Positions 9,070-17,581 of a stretch of 26,644 nucleotides of DNA are shown in pieces. Location of the stretch: IMG/VR virus record IMGVR_UViG_3300005805_000398, positions 1 to 26,644 of that record, one strand, 5' to 3'. Positions within the stretch are counted from its first letter, which is position 1, and the number at the start of each line of letters is the position of its first letter. A program made the position numbers and the translations under genes. The DNA comes from a virus (taxonomy: Duplodnaviria; Caudoviricetes). The notes under the pieces are model-generated. The model was not told the DNA's origin. It searched no databases and saw nothing but the letters and a program-made list of their open reading frames with translations.

Positions 9070-9578
9070 TGGCTACCAACAAGTTTCTAACTTTTCTATC
9101 CAATAAAATCCAACTCGTTACAGCGATCGCATCAAGCGCGGGTGTTGGTGACGCAAATAAGATCATTGCTACTGGCTCTGACGGCAAACTTGACAGCACA
9201 CTCATGCCTACGGGGATTGGCGCTGACACTCAATCAGTTGTGGCTAGTGAGAACCTTTCGGCTGGTGATTGGGTAAACGTTTATGACAACGGCGGTACTC
9301 CCAATGTCCGCAAGGCAGACGCAAACCCTGAAAGAGCCGCAACTGGGTTTGTATTATCTTCGGTAACAAGCGCTTCTAACGCAACTGTTTACAGGGCTGG
9401 AACAAATACAGGTCGAACAGGTTTGACCACTGGTACTTACTACTATCTGTCTGCAACGGCTGGAGGTGAATCTGCTACAGCCCCAACAACTTCGGGTGAT
9501 GTGATTCAAGGTCTAGGCTACGCTAGTTCTACTACCGCGATCGCGTTCCAGCCTACGACCCCTATCGCAGTAGCTTAA
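9069..9578 (+). CDS. Capsid decoration/cement-like protein (DUF2190-like)
   Basis: ASENLSAGDWVNV...VRKADA...A.GFVL.......A.VY..G.NTG.TGLT.G..YYLS..AG pattern; small and Ala/Gly/Thr-rich. Confidence 0.65.
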   Translation: MATNKFLTFLSNKIQLVTAIASSAGVGDANKIIATGSDGKLDSTLMPTGIGADTQSVVASENLSAGDWVNVYDNGGTPNVRKADANPERAATGFVLSSVTSASNATVYRAGTNTGRTGLTTGTYYYLSATAGGESATAPTTSGDVIQGLGYASSTTAIAFQPTTPIAVA

Positions 9579-9581
9579 TAA

Positions 9582-10304
9582 ATGACTCCTAAATTCCTTT
9601 CGTTTTTATCAAATAAAATCCAACTTTTATCAGCGATCGCCAGTTCATCAGGATCTAGCGACGCTGATAAAATTGTTGCGACTGATTCAGACGGGAAAAT
9701 TGATAGAAGCTTTTTAAGCCGTGTCGTCTCTCTCATCGACGCTGCGGTAATAACACCAAATGCCAATACTACCGATATTGGGATTCTCACCCTCTCGCAA
9801 AGTACAACCTTTGCTAATCCTACTGGAACGCCTACTGACGGGCAACTACTTCAAATAAGAATTACTAGCAGTACAAGCCGTTCTATCGCCTTTGGCACTG
9901 CTTATGAAGCAGCTAGTTCCCTCACGTTACCATTGGCTACTACTGGTGGCGGCGCTGAAGACTGGATCGCTTTTCGATGGAATGGAACTAAGTGGAAATT
10001 AGTCGCCACAACGATCGGAGCACTACCGACAGGGCTAAAAACTGCTGTAGCTACGGTTGACTTTACAACCCCATCAACGGGGCAATTCTTTAGTGTGTCC
10101 GTTGCTAGCGCATTAGCAGGCGATCGCGTAGTTGCCACGCCTAGCCTTGTAATGCCGTCAGGGGTTGCCGAAGACGAATTGGAGTTTGACCCAATATTTG
10201 CTTATGGCTCTTGCACCACAAATGGCACGGTGAGGTTGTTTGTAGGTTCCACTCAGGGCGGATTTATTGTTGGGCAGCGAAATATAAATTTATTAATAGG
10301 ATAG
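9582..10304 (+). CDS. Fibre/decoration-like structural protein
   Basis: N-terminal ~45 aa paralogous to the upstream gene; ANPTGTPTDGQ.L.IRI...RSIAFG..Y...LP..T...D.I.F.WNGTKW.LVA is a beta-module typical of phage fibre tips. Confidence 0.65.
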   Translation: MTPKFLSFLSNKIQLLSAIASSSGSSDADKIVATDSDGKIDRSFLSRVVSLIDAAVITPNANTTDIGILTLSQSTTFANPTGTPTDGQLLQIRITSSTSRSIAFGTAYEAASSLTLPLATTGGGAEDWIAFRWNGTKWKLVATTIGALPTGLKTAVATVDFTTPSTGQFFSVSVASALAGDRVVATPSLVMPSGVAEDELEFDPIFAYGSCTTNGTVRLFVGSTQGGFIVGQRNINLLIG

Positions 10305-10308
10305 GAAA

Positions 10309-10971
10309 ATGGGTGTCTGGAATAGTTCGGATAACGCTAGATTTGTAGATATTGAAGGTGGGATTAATGCTGCTAGAACCGTTATCTTACCAAGAGGTAA
10401 TGGGTTTGCTATATCTTCTACCACAGGTACGATCGCAGCAGCATTGAGCGCAAGCTCATCAATATTTGCAATGCGATTAAGTCCAACGTCAAGCGTAAAT
10501 GCTTTTATTGAAAGGATACGAATTGAATTCACAACAATCGCGGCTTTTACAACTCCTGTAACGGCTGGTAGGCGATTATCAGTATTCAGGGGATCAGGCG
10601 CAGGTACAAGCGGCGGTACGACATTATCGAGTGCTGGTGGTATTTTACCAAAGAGAGCAACTTCTAACACCTCACAATTTACTACTGCTAATGGTGGCAT
10701 TATATCGATCGCTAGTACAGGTGCTCTGACAGTTACGGGTATCACGTTTGAATCTGTCCCATTGGCTGAATTTGGCTTGGTGCATGTTGGGAATGCTGGC
10801 AACTATCGCGAGGTGATTTACGAGTATGGCGGCGGTTTAGTACAACCAATCCAACTTACCCCTGGTCAATTAATTGCTGTGAGAAATCCCGCAGCAATGG
10901 ACGCGGCTGGAACTTGGCAAGCCTCTGTTTCTATTGATTGGCACGAAGCACCATCATTGGAATGGAGTTAA
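10309..10971 (+). CDS. Beta-rich structural protein (paralog A)
   Basis: 220 aa, Ala/Gly/Ser/Thr-rich; aligns end to end with the next gene. Confidence 0.7.
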   Translation: MGVWNSSDNARFVDIEGGINAARTVILPRGNGFAISSTTGTIAAALSASSSIFAMRLSPTSSVNAFIERIRIEFTTIAAFTTPVTAGRRLSVFRGSGAGTSGGTTLSSAGGILPKRATSNTSQFTTANGGIISIASTGALTVTGITFESVPLAEFGLVHVGNAGNYREVIYEYGGGLVQPIQLTPGQLIAVRNPAAMDAAGTWQASVSIDWHEAPSLEWS

Positions 10972-10972
10972 T

Positions 10973-11659
10973 ATGCCAGTTATAAGAGATCGGACAACAT
11001 TAGCAAACATTACCGAAATCGAAGGTGGTATTAGCGCCTATAGGTCAACGGTTTCACAGCAAATTGGCGACAGTTTTTGTGTTGCATCTTCTACAACCAC
11101 AATGGCGGCGGCGTTAGCTGCAAACTCTGCTGTGTTTGTGATGCAGTTGAGTCAACAAGCTCCCGTGATTGCATATATTGAGCGTGTCAGAATTGAATTT
11201 GTTACGCTCGTAAACTTCACTACCTCAGTAGTAGCAGGTAGAAGATTATCACTTTTGAAGGGCGGCGCAACTCTAATTACGGCATTTAGTGGTGGGATAT
11301 CGCTAGCTGCTTTAGGTCAAATTGTGCCAAAAATAAATACTCAAGGCTCCAACGCCTCTTGGTTTTCTGCTGTCAACGGTGGTGAAATCAGAATAGCTAC
11401 TACTGGAGCAATAACGACTACAGGGATAATTGTCGAGTCCACTTTTGCATCTGACTTCACTCTTTCTAGTGCTGGTGTAGCAGGAAGTTTCCGAGAGTAT
11501 CTTTACTCCACCGTCAATAGAGCTGCTAGCCCGATTCGGATACTACCTGGTCAATTCTTTTTAATTAGAAATCCTGTAGCGATGGACGCGGCTGGGACGT
11601 GGCAGGCAAACATCATGGTGGATTGGCGTGAGGTTCCTCTATATCGTCAAACTTTTTAG
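10973..11659 (+). CDS. Beta-rich structural protein (paralog B)
   Basis: ATG at 10973, preceded by GGAG and 1 nt after the upstream stop; shares IEGGI.A.R, IER.RIEF.T...FTT.V.AGRRLS and RNP.AMDAAGTWQA with paralog A. Confidence 0.7.
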   Translation: MPVIRDRTTLANITEIEGGISAYRSTVSQQIGDSFCVASSTTTMAAALAANSAVFVMQLSQQAPVIAYIERVRIEFVTLVNFTTSVVAGRRLSLLKGGATLITAFSGGISLAALGQIVPKINTQGSNASWFSAVNGGEIRIATTGAITTTGIIVESTFASDFTLSSAGVAGSFREYLYSTVNRAASPIRILPGQFFLIRNPVAMDAAGTWQANIMVDWREVPLYRQTF

Positions 11660-11705
11660 TCCCGAACAGTGCGGGTGTAACGTTTTAAATTAAAGGAGAA
11701 AATCT

Positions 11706-12035
11706 ATGTCTCGTATTTGTGGATATACCGAACACTATGTCAAGATTGAGGATTACACTGGATCGAATTTGGGTGAGATCGAGACGTTTTTAAATTCTAT
11801 TTCCCCTATGCTCTATCAGGAATGTTTACGCTGGTATGACACCGTAACTCAAGATGTTTTTGACGTAGAAACTACTGGCGAAAACATTATCAATATCTTT
11901 GCGATCGCTACAGGTAACGGGCTGAAATATTGTAAGCCAGGAGACTCCATTATTTATTATTTCCTTGTGATGCTCGACGTAATGGATACTACCGCTGCAA
12001 ATCTTGCATTTAAGCCAATGAGCGATCTTGTGTAA
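11706..12035 (+). CDS. Hypothetical small phage protein
   Basis: Strong AAGGAG RBS; YTG.N..E...F...I.T..G.....PGD.II weakly resembles a widespread small phage protein family. Confidence 0.65.
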   Translation: MSRICGYTEHYVKIEDYTGSNLGEIETFLNSISPMLYQECLRWYDTVTQDVFDVETTGENIINIFAIATGNGLKYCKPGDSIIYYFLVMLDVMDTTAANLAFKPMSDLV

Positions 12036-12083
12036 ATCTCAAAGCCGCCATGTCGGGTGGCTAACTTTTTAGGAGTCAAATCT

Positions 12084-12245
12084 ATGCCAGTTATTGAAAT
12101 CGCAGACAATTACGCAATCCTAAACAGCGATCGCACCTTCAAACAATGGCTATATCTGGTTGAGGGTAGTGAGTACAATGAGAACTTAGTGCTTACAAAA
12201 CTCACGATCGCGCCGCCGATTACAATCCAAAAACTGAGAAGTTAG
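12084..12245 (+). CDS. Hypothetical small protein
   Basis: ATG at 12084 preceded by AGGAG; 53 aa. Confidence 0.5.
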   Translation: MPVIEIADNYAILNSDRTFKQWLYLVEGSEYNENLVLTKLTIAPPITIQKLRS

Positions 12246-12363
12246 TAGGGGTTATTAATGGCTGTTCTAGAGGTACTTATAGCAGTTATTGAATCGCAAA
12301 TACATACACAATCTCATGTTATATCGAAAACGAGCGATCACAGCGCAATATATTGCTAACCCT

Positions 12364-13026
12364 ATGGAGACATTGATCGCCATCTTACCTCAAAACCAAA
12401 AAGCGACAGAAGGGCAACCTGTGCAGCAACCTCTTCAATGGGATATCCCAAAGGAGATAGCTGCTTACTCACCATTGGCAACCCCAATATTTATTATTGG
12501 TCTTATCGCTTGGAGGAAATGGGGTCAGCGATGGTACGATCGCTACAAAAGTCAACTGCTTCGACCTTACCGAATCATCGAGCAAATCGAAAATAATATG
12601 CAGGTGATTCGAGCTATGGCAAATGCACACAGAGCCATGCTTCTAGAGGTTGACACAAAATTAAGTGATTTAAAAATCGTCAATCAAACCGTAATGGACG
12701 CAGGGATCGCCGAACTATCCTTGGAGTTCAATCAAGAGCAAACGGAGTGTATCAAGGCGATCGTCAATCGTTTTAAAGAGAGTAATTTCATTCTTCGCGA
12801 AGTGGAAAAGATCCCCGAAGGCCCCTATCGCGGATTCATGCTTCAACGGGGGATTTGCTGGATTATTTACTGTAAATTAGGGGAATCTGATTCAAAAGTA
12901 TGGTTTGTGGCTCTGCATTACCGCTACGAGATCTACACGAATTACGAGAATGCTCACAAAAAATTGAGACAGGAGATTGCTGACCTGTGCTCTCAAACTT
13001 ATTCTTTGCTCCTTCAAAAGCCATAA
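12364..13026 (+). CDS. Single-TM membrane protein with a GAF-like soluble domain, candidate holin
   Basis: Hydrophobic AAYSPLATPIFIIGLIAW followed by RKWG; then helix-ANAHRAMLLEV...FM..RGI.WI.Y..L......WFVALHY GAF-like pattern. The start at ATG 12364 is inferred. Confidence 0.5.
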   Translation: METLIAILPQNQKATEGQPVQQPLQWDIPKEIAAYSPLATPIFIIGLIAWRKWGQRWYDRYKSQLLRPYRIIEQIENNMQVIRAMANAHRAMLLEVDTKLSDLKIVNQTVMDAGIAELSLEFNQEQTECIKAIVNRFKESNFILREVEKIPEGPYRGFMLQRGICWIIYCKLGESDSKVWFVALHYRYEIYTNYENAHKKLRQEIADLCSQTYSLLLQKP

Positions 13027-13086
13027 TATGCCAGATTTTAAAAGCTCTATACTTAGGGGGGGATTCAGAAAGAAGAGTTTAGGGGG

Positions 13087-13506
13087 TCAGGCAAACCCAG
13101 CTTGATCCTGCCCAGATAATGTGGCGATCGCCAACCATTCCGCCAATCCGTTAGAAAAACCCTCGTCGTTATACTCATCAAGTTTGTAGATAGAGTCAAT
13201 GCGATCGCGCACTTCTTCCAGCGATAGTCCCTCGCCTTGCCACTGCTTTAGCTTTCGCCCAATCACTTGAGTGAATTTTTCAATTTCTGGGGCTAGGTTT
13301 TCTTGCGCTAATTGGGAGATGCGATCGCGTAAATCGTTTTCCTCAATATCGGCAATCTCGTCGTCAAACCTTTCTAGGTATTCGGGGTTCTCTTGGTCAA
13401 TGCGATCGCGGAGTAACTGCATCGCGTCGTCGAACAGAATGTCGATTTCGCTAGGTGCGATCACATCAGTCCTGTAGCCAAGCTTTTCTAATACTTCGAG
13501 CTTCAT
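13087..13506 (-). CDS. Acidic protein resembling the C-terminal region of Mu gp29-type (DUF935) portals
   Basis: ATG at 13506 overlaps the upstream stop (ATGA); SLEEVRDRIDSIY.LD.....F...LAE.L..A.L.G. Confidence 0.55.
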   Translation of the reverse strand: MKLEVLEKLGYRTDVIAPSEIDILFDDAMQLLRDRIDQENPEYLERFDDEIADIEENDLRDRISQLAQENLAPEIEKFTQVIGRKLKQWQGEGLSLEEVRDRIDSIYKLDEYNDEGFSNGLAEWLAIATLSGQDQAGFA

Positions 13507-13724
13507 AGTTTTAACCCTAAATCTTTGCAGGCTTTGACAGCATCTTTCTCTGAGTCGGCGGCGTACAGGCAGAACTTGTCGGCGATCGCCTGTACCTTCC
13601 ACAAACCCGCCCATCCTTGTTCGATCTCAACTGGTTCTTGTGTATTCACAATGTTAGTGACACGAATCAAGGTGTTGCTGAGCAGGTGGGAGTTCTGAAT
13701 ATCTTCGAGTGTTAATTTTGCCAT
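13503..13724 (-). CDS. Hypothetical protein
   Basis: 73 aa; starts directly after the portal stop and overlaps the next start. Confidence 0.7.
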   Translation of the reverse strand: MAKLTLEDIQNSHLLSNTLIRVTNIVNTQEPVEIEQGWAGLWKVQAIADKFCLYAADSEKDAVKACKDLGLKL

Positions 13725-15368
13725 TTACTTGAGTCGTCCCTCAACCCACATCTTAGCAAAGGGAGAGTCCAAATCTTTAAACAACCGAGAAGCGATTTCT
13801 ACTGCCGAGATGGAGTCCTGTTTAACACCTTCTTCGGGAGGTGTATCTGTTTGACCTTGATCTGCTCCTTGATCACCAAAGTAGTCGCCACCATACGCCT
13901 GTAGAGCTGCAAGCTCTTGTTGTTGCTTGGCTAATTTTTCATCTTGCTTCAGCTTCTCCCACGCTTCTTTGTCTAGGGAGACCTCGTAGGAGTACTCTGT
14001 TCCACCGTAGAGGCTAGCGCGAACTTCATCCTTCGTAAGAGCGCCCGACTGAGTTTGCAATGCGATAAGCATATTAGTATGAGCAGTTTGATTGGCTACT
14101 TCATCCTTGCGACTCTCTACATAGAGAGGTCTAAAATTATAAGACCATCCATCGGGAATCTTGCCCTTGGTGGGACCATCTTGGGCGAGCCAAATATACT
14201 TGTAAAGCATATCCAACTTGCGGTGACGATAGTTCTGCTCTTGGTAAGCGGCAACGGTTTTTGACCAGACCTGATCTTCGGTTTCGCCAGTACCACCTGC
14301 CGCCAGTCCCTTTGGACCGCGCCCAAAGATCATTGTGTAGGGAATACCCACGGCAGCAACCAGATCTTCTTGAAAGCTCGCCTTCATATCGGACAAGCCT
14401 TGGTAGTTCCGCACCAGATAGGTGAGGTCATCTTCCGAGTCTACCGACACCGCCCCTAGCTTCCGCATCTGCATCTTCATAGCGCGGAACTGTTCTGAAA
14501 GAATGGTTAAAGCTTTTGGCACTCCATTGGTAGTGGCAGCTCCACCAGCAGCTTTTTCTTGGGCAAGATTTTGCTTGATCAGGTTCTGAAGATTCTTCAT
14601 TTTGTGGAGAAGAATCGTGTGATCTTGAATCATCTCCGCCATTGCGTCGGAGACCTTTGTGTAGCGAGCAATTTCTTTGAGCGCCGAAACAATTAGCGGG
14701 TCGCCCCATCCGCCTGTCGATCGCAGTAACCTTGGAGGAAGACGAGTACCGTCAAATCTAATAATCCGCGATTTATGAATTAGGTTGAACGAGGTGTAGT
14801 TTGAGCCTAACTTATCTAGCTTGGATTTCGATTCTTGGGAGTAAAAGACCTGATAAAAGTCGGGGTCATCCGAGGGTGCGTCAAGGTTAGGGAAATACGG
14901 GCGGATATCCTGCGGGTCAAGCTCGTAGATACCTTTAATGGTTTTAATTTTTGCCGTATTGACTGGCTCATTGGGAGGTAGCCCATCGTCAATATTTAGC
15001 AGTAATGCTGCACCACCATAAATGTTTGCTAGCCAGTCAGTTTTATTGAATTTGTACTTTGCTTCGATTCTTTCTTCGTACTGCTCAAAGGCTGTCGCAA
15101 TCTTGCGATCGGTATCCTTGACTAAGCTAATCTCAGTCCATTTTCTTGTTGCCTCATCAGGAAACACCGAGACAATTTTCTTTCCTAGCCAATCTCTAGA
15201 TAGCTCTTCAAGAGCTTTGTAGCTTAATCTACGCCGATCGCCCGTGTTGTTCATTCCCAGATCGTTCTGAGCGAGTAAGTTGTTGTTATACTCAGCTTCA
15301 TAGAGCGCATCAATAATGGCTCCGTCTTGTCTCACGTAGACTTCGGGATGATCTGTTTCTTTGGGCAT
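13725..15368 (-). CDS. Phage portal protein, DUF1073 type
   Basis: WLGKKIV..FPDEATRKW, A.IYGGAALLL.IDDG....EPV, IHKSRIIRFDG, GWGDP, AAVGIPYT.IFG.GP.GL...G..E...W...V...QE, F.PL, G.LT.DEVR..L. ATG at 15368 preferred over TTG at 15374. Confidence 0.88.
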   Translation of the reverse strand: MPKETDHPEVYVRQDGAIIDALYEAEYNNNLLAQNDLGMNNTGDRRRLSYKALEELSRDWLGKKIVSVFPDEATRKWTEISLVKDTDRKIATAFEQYEERIEAKYKFNKTDWLANIYGGAALLLNIDDGLPPNEPVNTAKIKTIKGIYELDPQDIRPYFPNLDAPSDDPDFYQVFYSQESKSKLDKLGSNYTSFNLIHKSRIIRFDGTRLPPRLLRSTGGWGDPLIVSALKEIARYTKVSDAMAEMIQDHTILLHKMKNLQNLIKQNLAQEKAAGGAATTNGVPKALTILSEQFRAMKMQMRKLGAVSVDSEDDLTYLVRNYQGLSDMKASFQEDLVAAVGIPYTMIFGRGPKGLAAGGTGETEDQVWSKTVAAYQEQNYRHRKLDMLYKYIWLAQDGPTKGKIPDGWSYNFRPLYVESRKDEVANQTAHTNMLIALQTQSGALTKDEVRASLYGGTEYSYEVSLDKEAWEKLKQDEKLAKQQQELAALQAYGGDYFGDQGADQGQTDTPPEEGVKQDSISAVEIASRLFKDLDSPFAKMWVEGRLK

Positions 15369-15431
15369 ATTCAATAGCGATCGCGTATGTCCATCTGACA
15401 GGCGATCGCCACTGAATCAGGAGTATTTGCT

Positions 15432-15469
15432 AAAAAAGCAAAACAGGACTGCGTTGGCAATCCTGTTTT
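15432..15469 (-). terminator. Intrinsic terminator-like hairpin upstream of the portal
   Basis: AAAACAGGA-C-TGC-GTTG-GCA-A-TCCTGTTTT stem-loop (15440-15469); on the minus strand it is followed by GCTTTTTT. Confidence 0.6.
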
Positions 15470-15488
15470 AGGCGATTCAGATCGGAAT

Positions 15489-16367
15489 CTAGGTTAAAGG
15501 GAGACGGCTGTTTACAAGGCGATCCATATCGTCCCGAACTTTATTAGCAATTACCGAAGCCCTAGAAATTAGTTCGATCTTTTCTCTCCTTAAGTCGGTA
15601 AGTTCATGGGCGTAGCCCTTTGCCACCTCTTTTAGAGCCTCGCCTTGCGCTCGAAGATCCGTTACCTCGCCTTCAAGTCTCTGGACTTCTTTTTGGCTTA
15701 GCGATAGTTCGTCAAGACGGAGGAGTTGACAGCTGCGCTCGCCTTCAAGTCTCTGGACTTCTTTTTGGCTTAGCTGCAAAGACTTAATATGGTTTTGCCC
15801 TCGGTCTTTAAGGTTTGTGTTTTCTTCCTTGAGATTTGCAATCTGCCTACGAAGATCAGCGATCGCTATTAGAATCCGATCAATCTCCTCCTTAGTTATT
15901 GCGCTTGGAGGATCTTCAAATTCTTCATCCTGTAGGGCGATCGCGCCAATCTCCCGAATAGCTTCGCGGTACTGAAGCCTTTCTCTCTGGAGATCATAGG
16001 CACTTTTCTCGATCTTTGTGTACTCTGTGTCGGTCACGTATGGAGGGGACTCCACTTCGACATACAGAAAGTTCGTGCCAACTCTTGCCAGCCTATATCC
16101 AATCTCAGACCTAGCTCGACGGATATAATTTATCTGCGACTCCAGCTTTGTATAGAACTCGTCGGTCTCAATGTCGGACGGAGAAAAACCTTCGTCTAGC
16201 AAGAGCCTGCCAAGGTAATCAATCTTTTTAGCAAACAGCTTTTTGGTTTCTACTGCTCGTTCGTAGTCTTCTAGCTGCTTAGCATAGGTCCGTGCAAGTT
16301 TCTGAATACTATCGTGCTGCGATCGCGGGACGAACCACTTGGAAAGGATGTTGTTAATTAGGCTCAA
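15489..16367 (-). CDS. Coiled-coil hypothetical protein
   Basis: 292 aa with a heptad-rich C-terminal half and an internal duplication LSQKEVQRLEGE x2. Confidence 0.75.
   Translation of the reverse strand: MSLINNILSKWFVPRSQHDSIQKLARTYAKQLEDYERAVETKKLFAKKIDYLGRLLLDEGFSPSDIETDEFYTKLESQINYIRRARSEIGYRLARVGTNFLYVEVESPPYVTDTEYTKIEKSAYDLQRERLQYREAIREIGAIALQDEEFEDPPSAITKEEIDRILIAIADLRRQIANLKEENTNLKDRGQNHIKSLQLSQKEVQRLEGERSCQLLRLDELSLSQKEVQRLEGEVTDLRAQGEALKEVAKGYAHELTDLRREKIELISRASVIANKVRDDMDRLVNSRLPLT
15666..15774. repeat. Perfect 37-bp direct repeat, two copies with a 72-nt period
   Basis: CTCGCCTTCAAGTCTCTGGACTTCTTTTTGGCTTAGC at 15666-15702 and 15738-15774. Confidence 0.95.
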
Positions 16368-17059
16368 ATTAATTCCTCCAGCTCATCCGCGTCTGGGGGT
16401 GCGGGAGTGCTAACCACAGTGAGTCGATTGGCTTGCTGTTCAGCTAAAGCCCTCTGAAGTTCTTGCTCGTCAATCGTGAGAAGATCGGGACGTAGTTCGG
16501 TTAGTTTCTCGTCGGGAATAGCAATCAATTTTTCGGCAGTTTTGACTGCGGCGAGTTCTTCAGGAGTTACTTGCTGCCCAGTGAGATCTTCTAAGGTTGG
16601 TACTTCGGGAACTTTTTCGCTGAAGCCTTTTTTCTTGCGAGATTTCTTTTCTGGCTGAGGCTCCTCCACTACGGTTTCCGCATTTTGAGGTAGCACTGCA
16701 TTGATAAACTCAATGAGTTCAGTTGCACCCAAATTTACTGGCAAGGTAGGGATTAGCTTTCTGAGATTATTCTCCAATGCTATGCGGGGATTCTTGGCGG
16801 GGTCTGGCTCGATTTCGGGGTCTAGGTTTAGAAAAAACAAGAAAGCCGAGCCGCGATCGCTAGATTGCGTTTCGACCATTAAATCCTGAAAGGCTTTTAG
16901 GGGATCTCTGGTTGTTAGCGCCGACTCGTAGGCTTTATCGGACGACATTTTTAAAAGCGACCATATAATCTTGGTGGCAGGATCGATCGCGGCATCGCCA
17001 GAAACGAGGGGATACTCAATGCCGCGCACAGTAATGGTGTTAGTCAACGTATTCTCCAA
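16364..17059 (-). CDS. Hypothetical protein (possible tail assembly chaperone)
   Basis: 231 aa; TITVRGIEYPL start, helical body and acidic tail; overlaps both neighbours. Function is a guess from composition and context. Confidence 0.6.
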   Translation of the reverse strand: MENTLTNTITVRGIEYPLVSGDAAIDPATKIIWSLLKMSSDKAYESALTTRDPLKAFQDLMVETQSSDRGSAFLFFLNLDPEIEPDPAKNPRIALENNLRKLIPTLPVNLGATELIEFINAVLPQNAETVVEEPQPEKKSRKKKGFSEKVPEVPTLEDLTGQQVTPEELAAVKTAEKLIAIPDEKLTELRPDLLTIDEQELQRALAEQQANRLTVVSTPAPPDADELEELI

Positions 17060-17522
17060 ATCTATTTAAGTTTGTTTGATAGTAGAGAATCACGCCGAAA
17101 GGGATATCTACTATCCATTCGGGAGATTGCTCATACTGGGTTCTGAGTGGTTGCCGAGGTACGGGGGTTATATCCTGCCCATCCCACTCGACCCCATAAA
17201 AATTAGGGTCAGCGATTTTGACCTTGTTATATTTCGCGATCGCCTGCGGGATGAATATCAACTCGACAGGAATGCTGTCTTTATATTTCTGCTCCGTGGC
17301 ATAGCCCTTAATCGCTAGCACTTCCACCCTCTGAGTAAAGTATGCTCGGTTGGGGCTGTTGGGGCGATCGCGATCGCGCCCAAAACTGCCAATCGAAGCT
17401 AAGCCCACTGTCTCATCGGCGATTACGTTGTAGTAGTCGCCATCGGAGTTCAGATGCAGCTCAGATTTTATATGGGCGATAAAGTGATTTATCGACTGAG
17501 TGACGGATGTTGGCGTAAGCAT
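17040..17522 (-). CDS. Hypothetical protein (possible tail terminator/neck protein)
   Basis: 160 aa; N-terminal helix followed by beta-rich segments; size and context fit a neck or tail-completion protein. Confidence 0.55.
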   Translation of the reverse strand: MLTPTSVTQSINHFIAHIKSELHLNSDGDYYNVIADETVGLASIGSFGRDRDRPNSPNRAYFTQRVEVLAIKGYATEQKYKDSIPVELIFIPQAIAKYNKVKIADPNFYGVEWDGQDITPVPRQPLRTQYEQSPEWIVDIPFGVILYYQTNLNRFGEYVD

Positions 17523-17546
17523 CGTGGCGATCGCTAAACATTTGCC

Positions 17547-17575
17547 TTGATATTACCATGAAACTACGTTATGGT
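17547..17575 (+). promoter_or_regulatory. Possible sigma70-type promoter for the protein-ncRNA insert
   Basis: TTGATA (17547-17552), 17-nt spacer, TATGGT (17570-17575) in the divergent intergenic region. Confidence 0.3.
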
Positions 17576-17581
17576 TGTTAT

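Noticed and set aside
10309-11659. Diversity-generating retroelement template/variable repeat pair
   Set aside because: Differences between the paralogs are not adenine-specific, both are full ORFs, and no reverse transcriptase is in the window.
10128-11900. HIP1-free stretch as evidence of recent foreign acquisition
   Set aside because: A gap of similar length covers the core portal gene (about 13590-15377), so the signal is not distinctive.
13507-13614. N-terminal extension of the 175-aa ORF call (also the extensions at 10934, 12289, 18749, 23735 and 24324)
   Set aside because: The extensions rely on alternative starts, and most overlap upstream genes or terminator hairpins; downstream starts give cleaner gene coupling.
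13725-15368. Anti-CBASS Acb1 annotation sometimes attached to DUF1073 proteins
   Set aside because: No paired HxT 2H-phosphoesterase domain was seen; length, motifs and context indicate a portal.
15666-15774. CRISPR mini-array (37-bp repeat, 35-bp spacer)
   Set aside because: Only two copies, in frame within a coiled-coil CDS, not palindromic, and no cas genes or leader.
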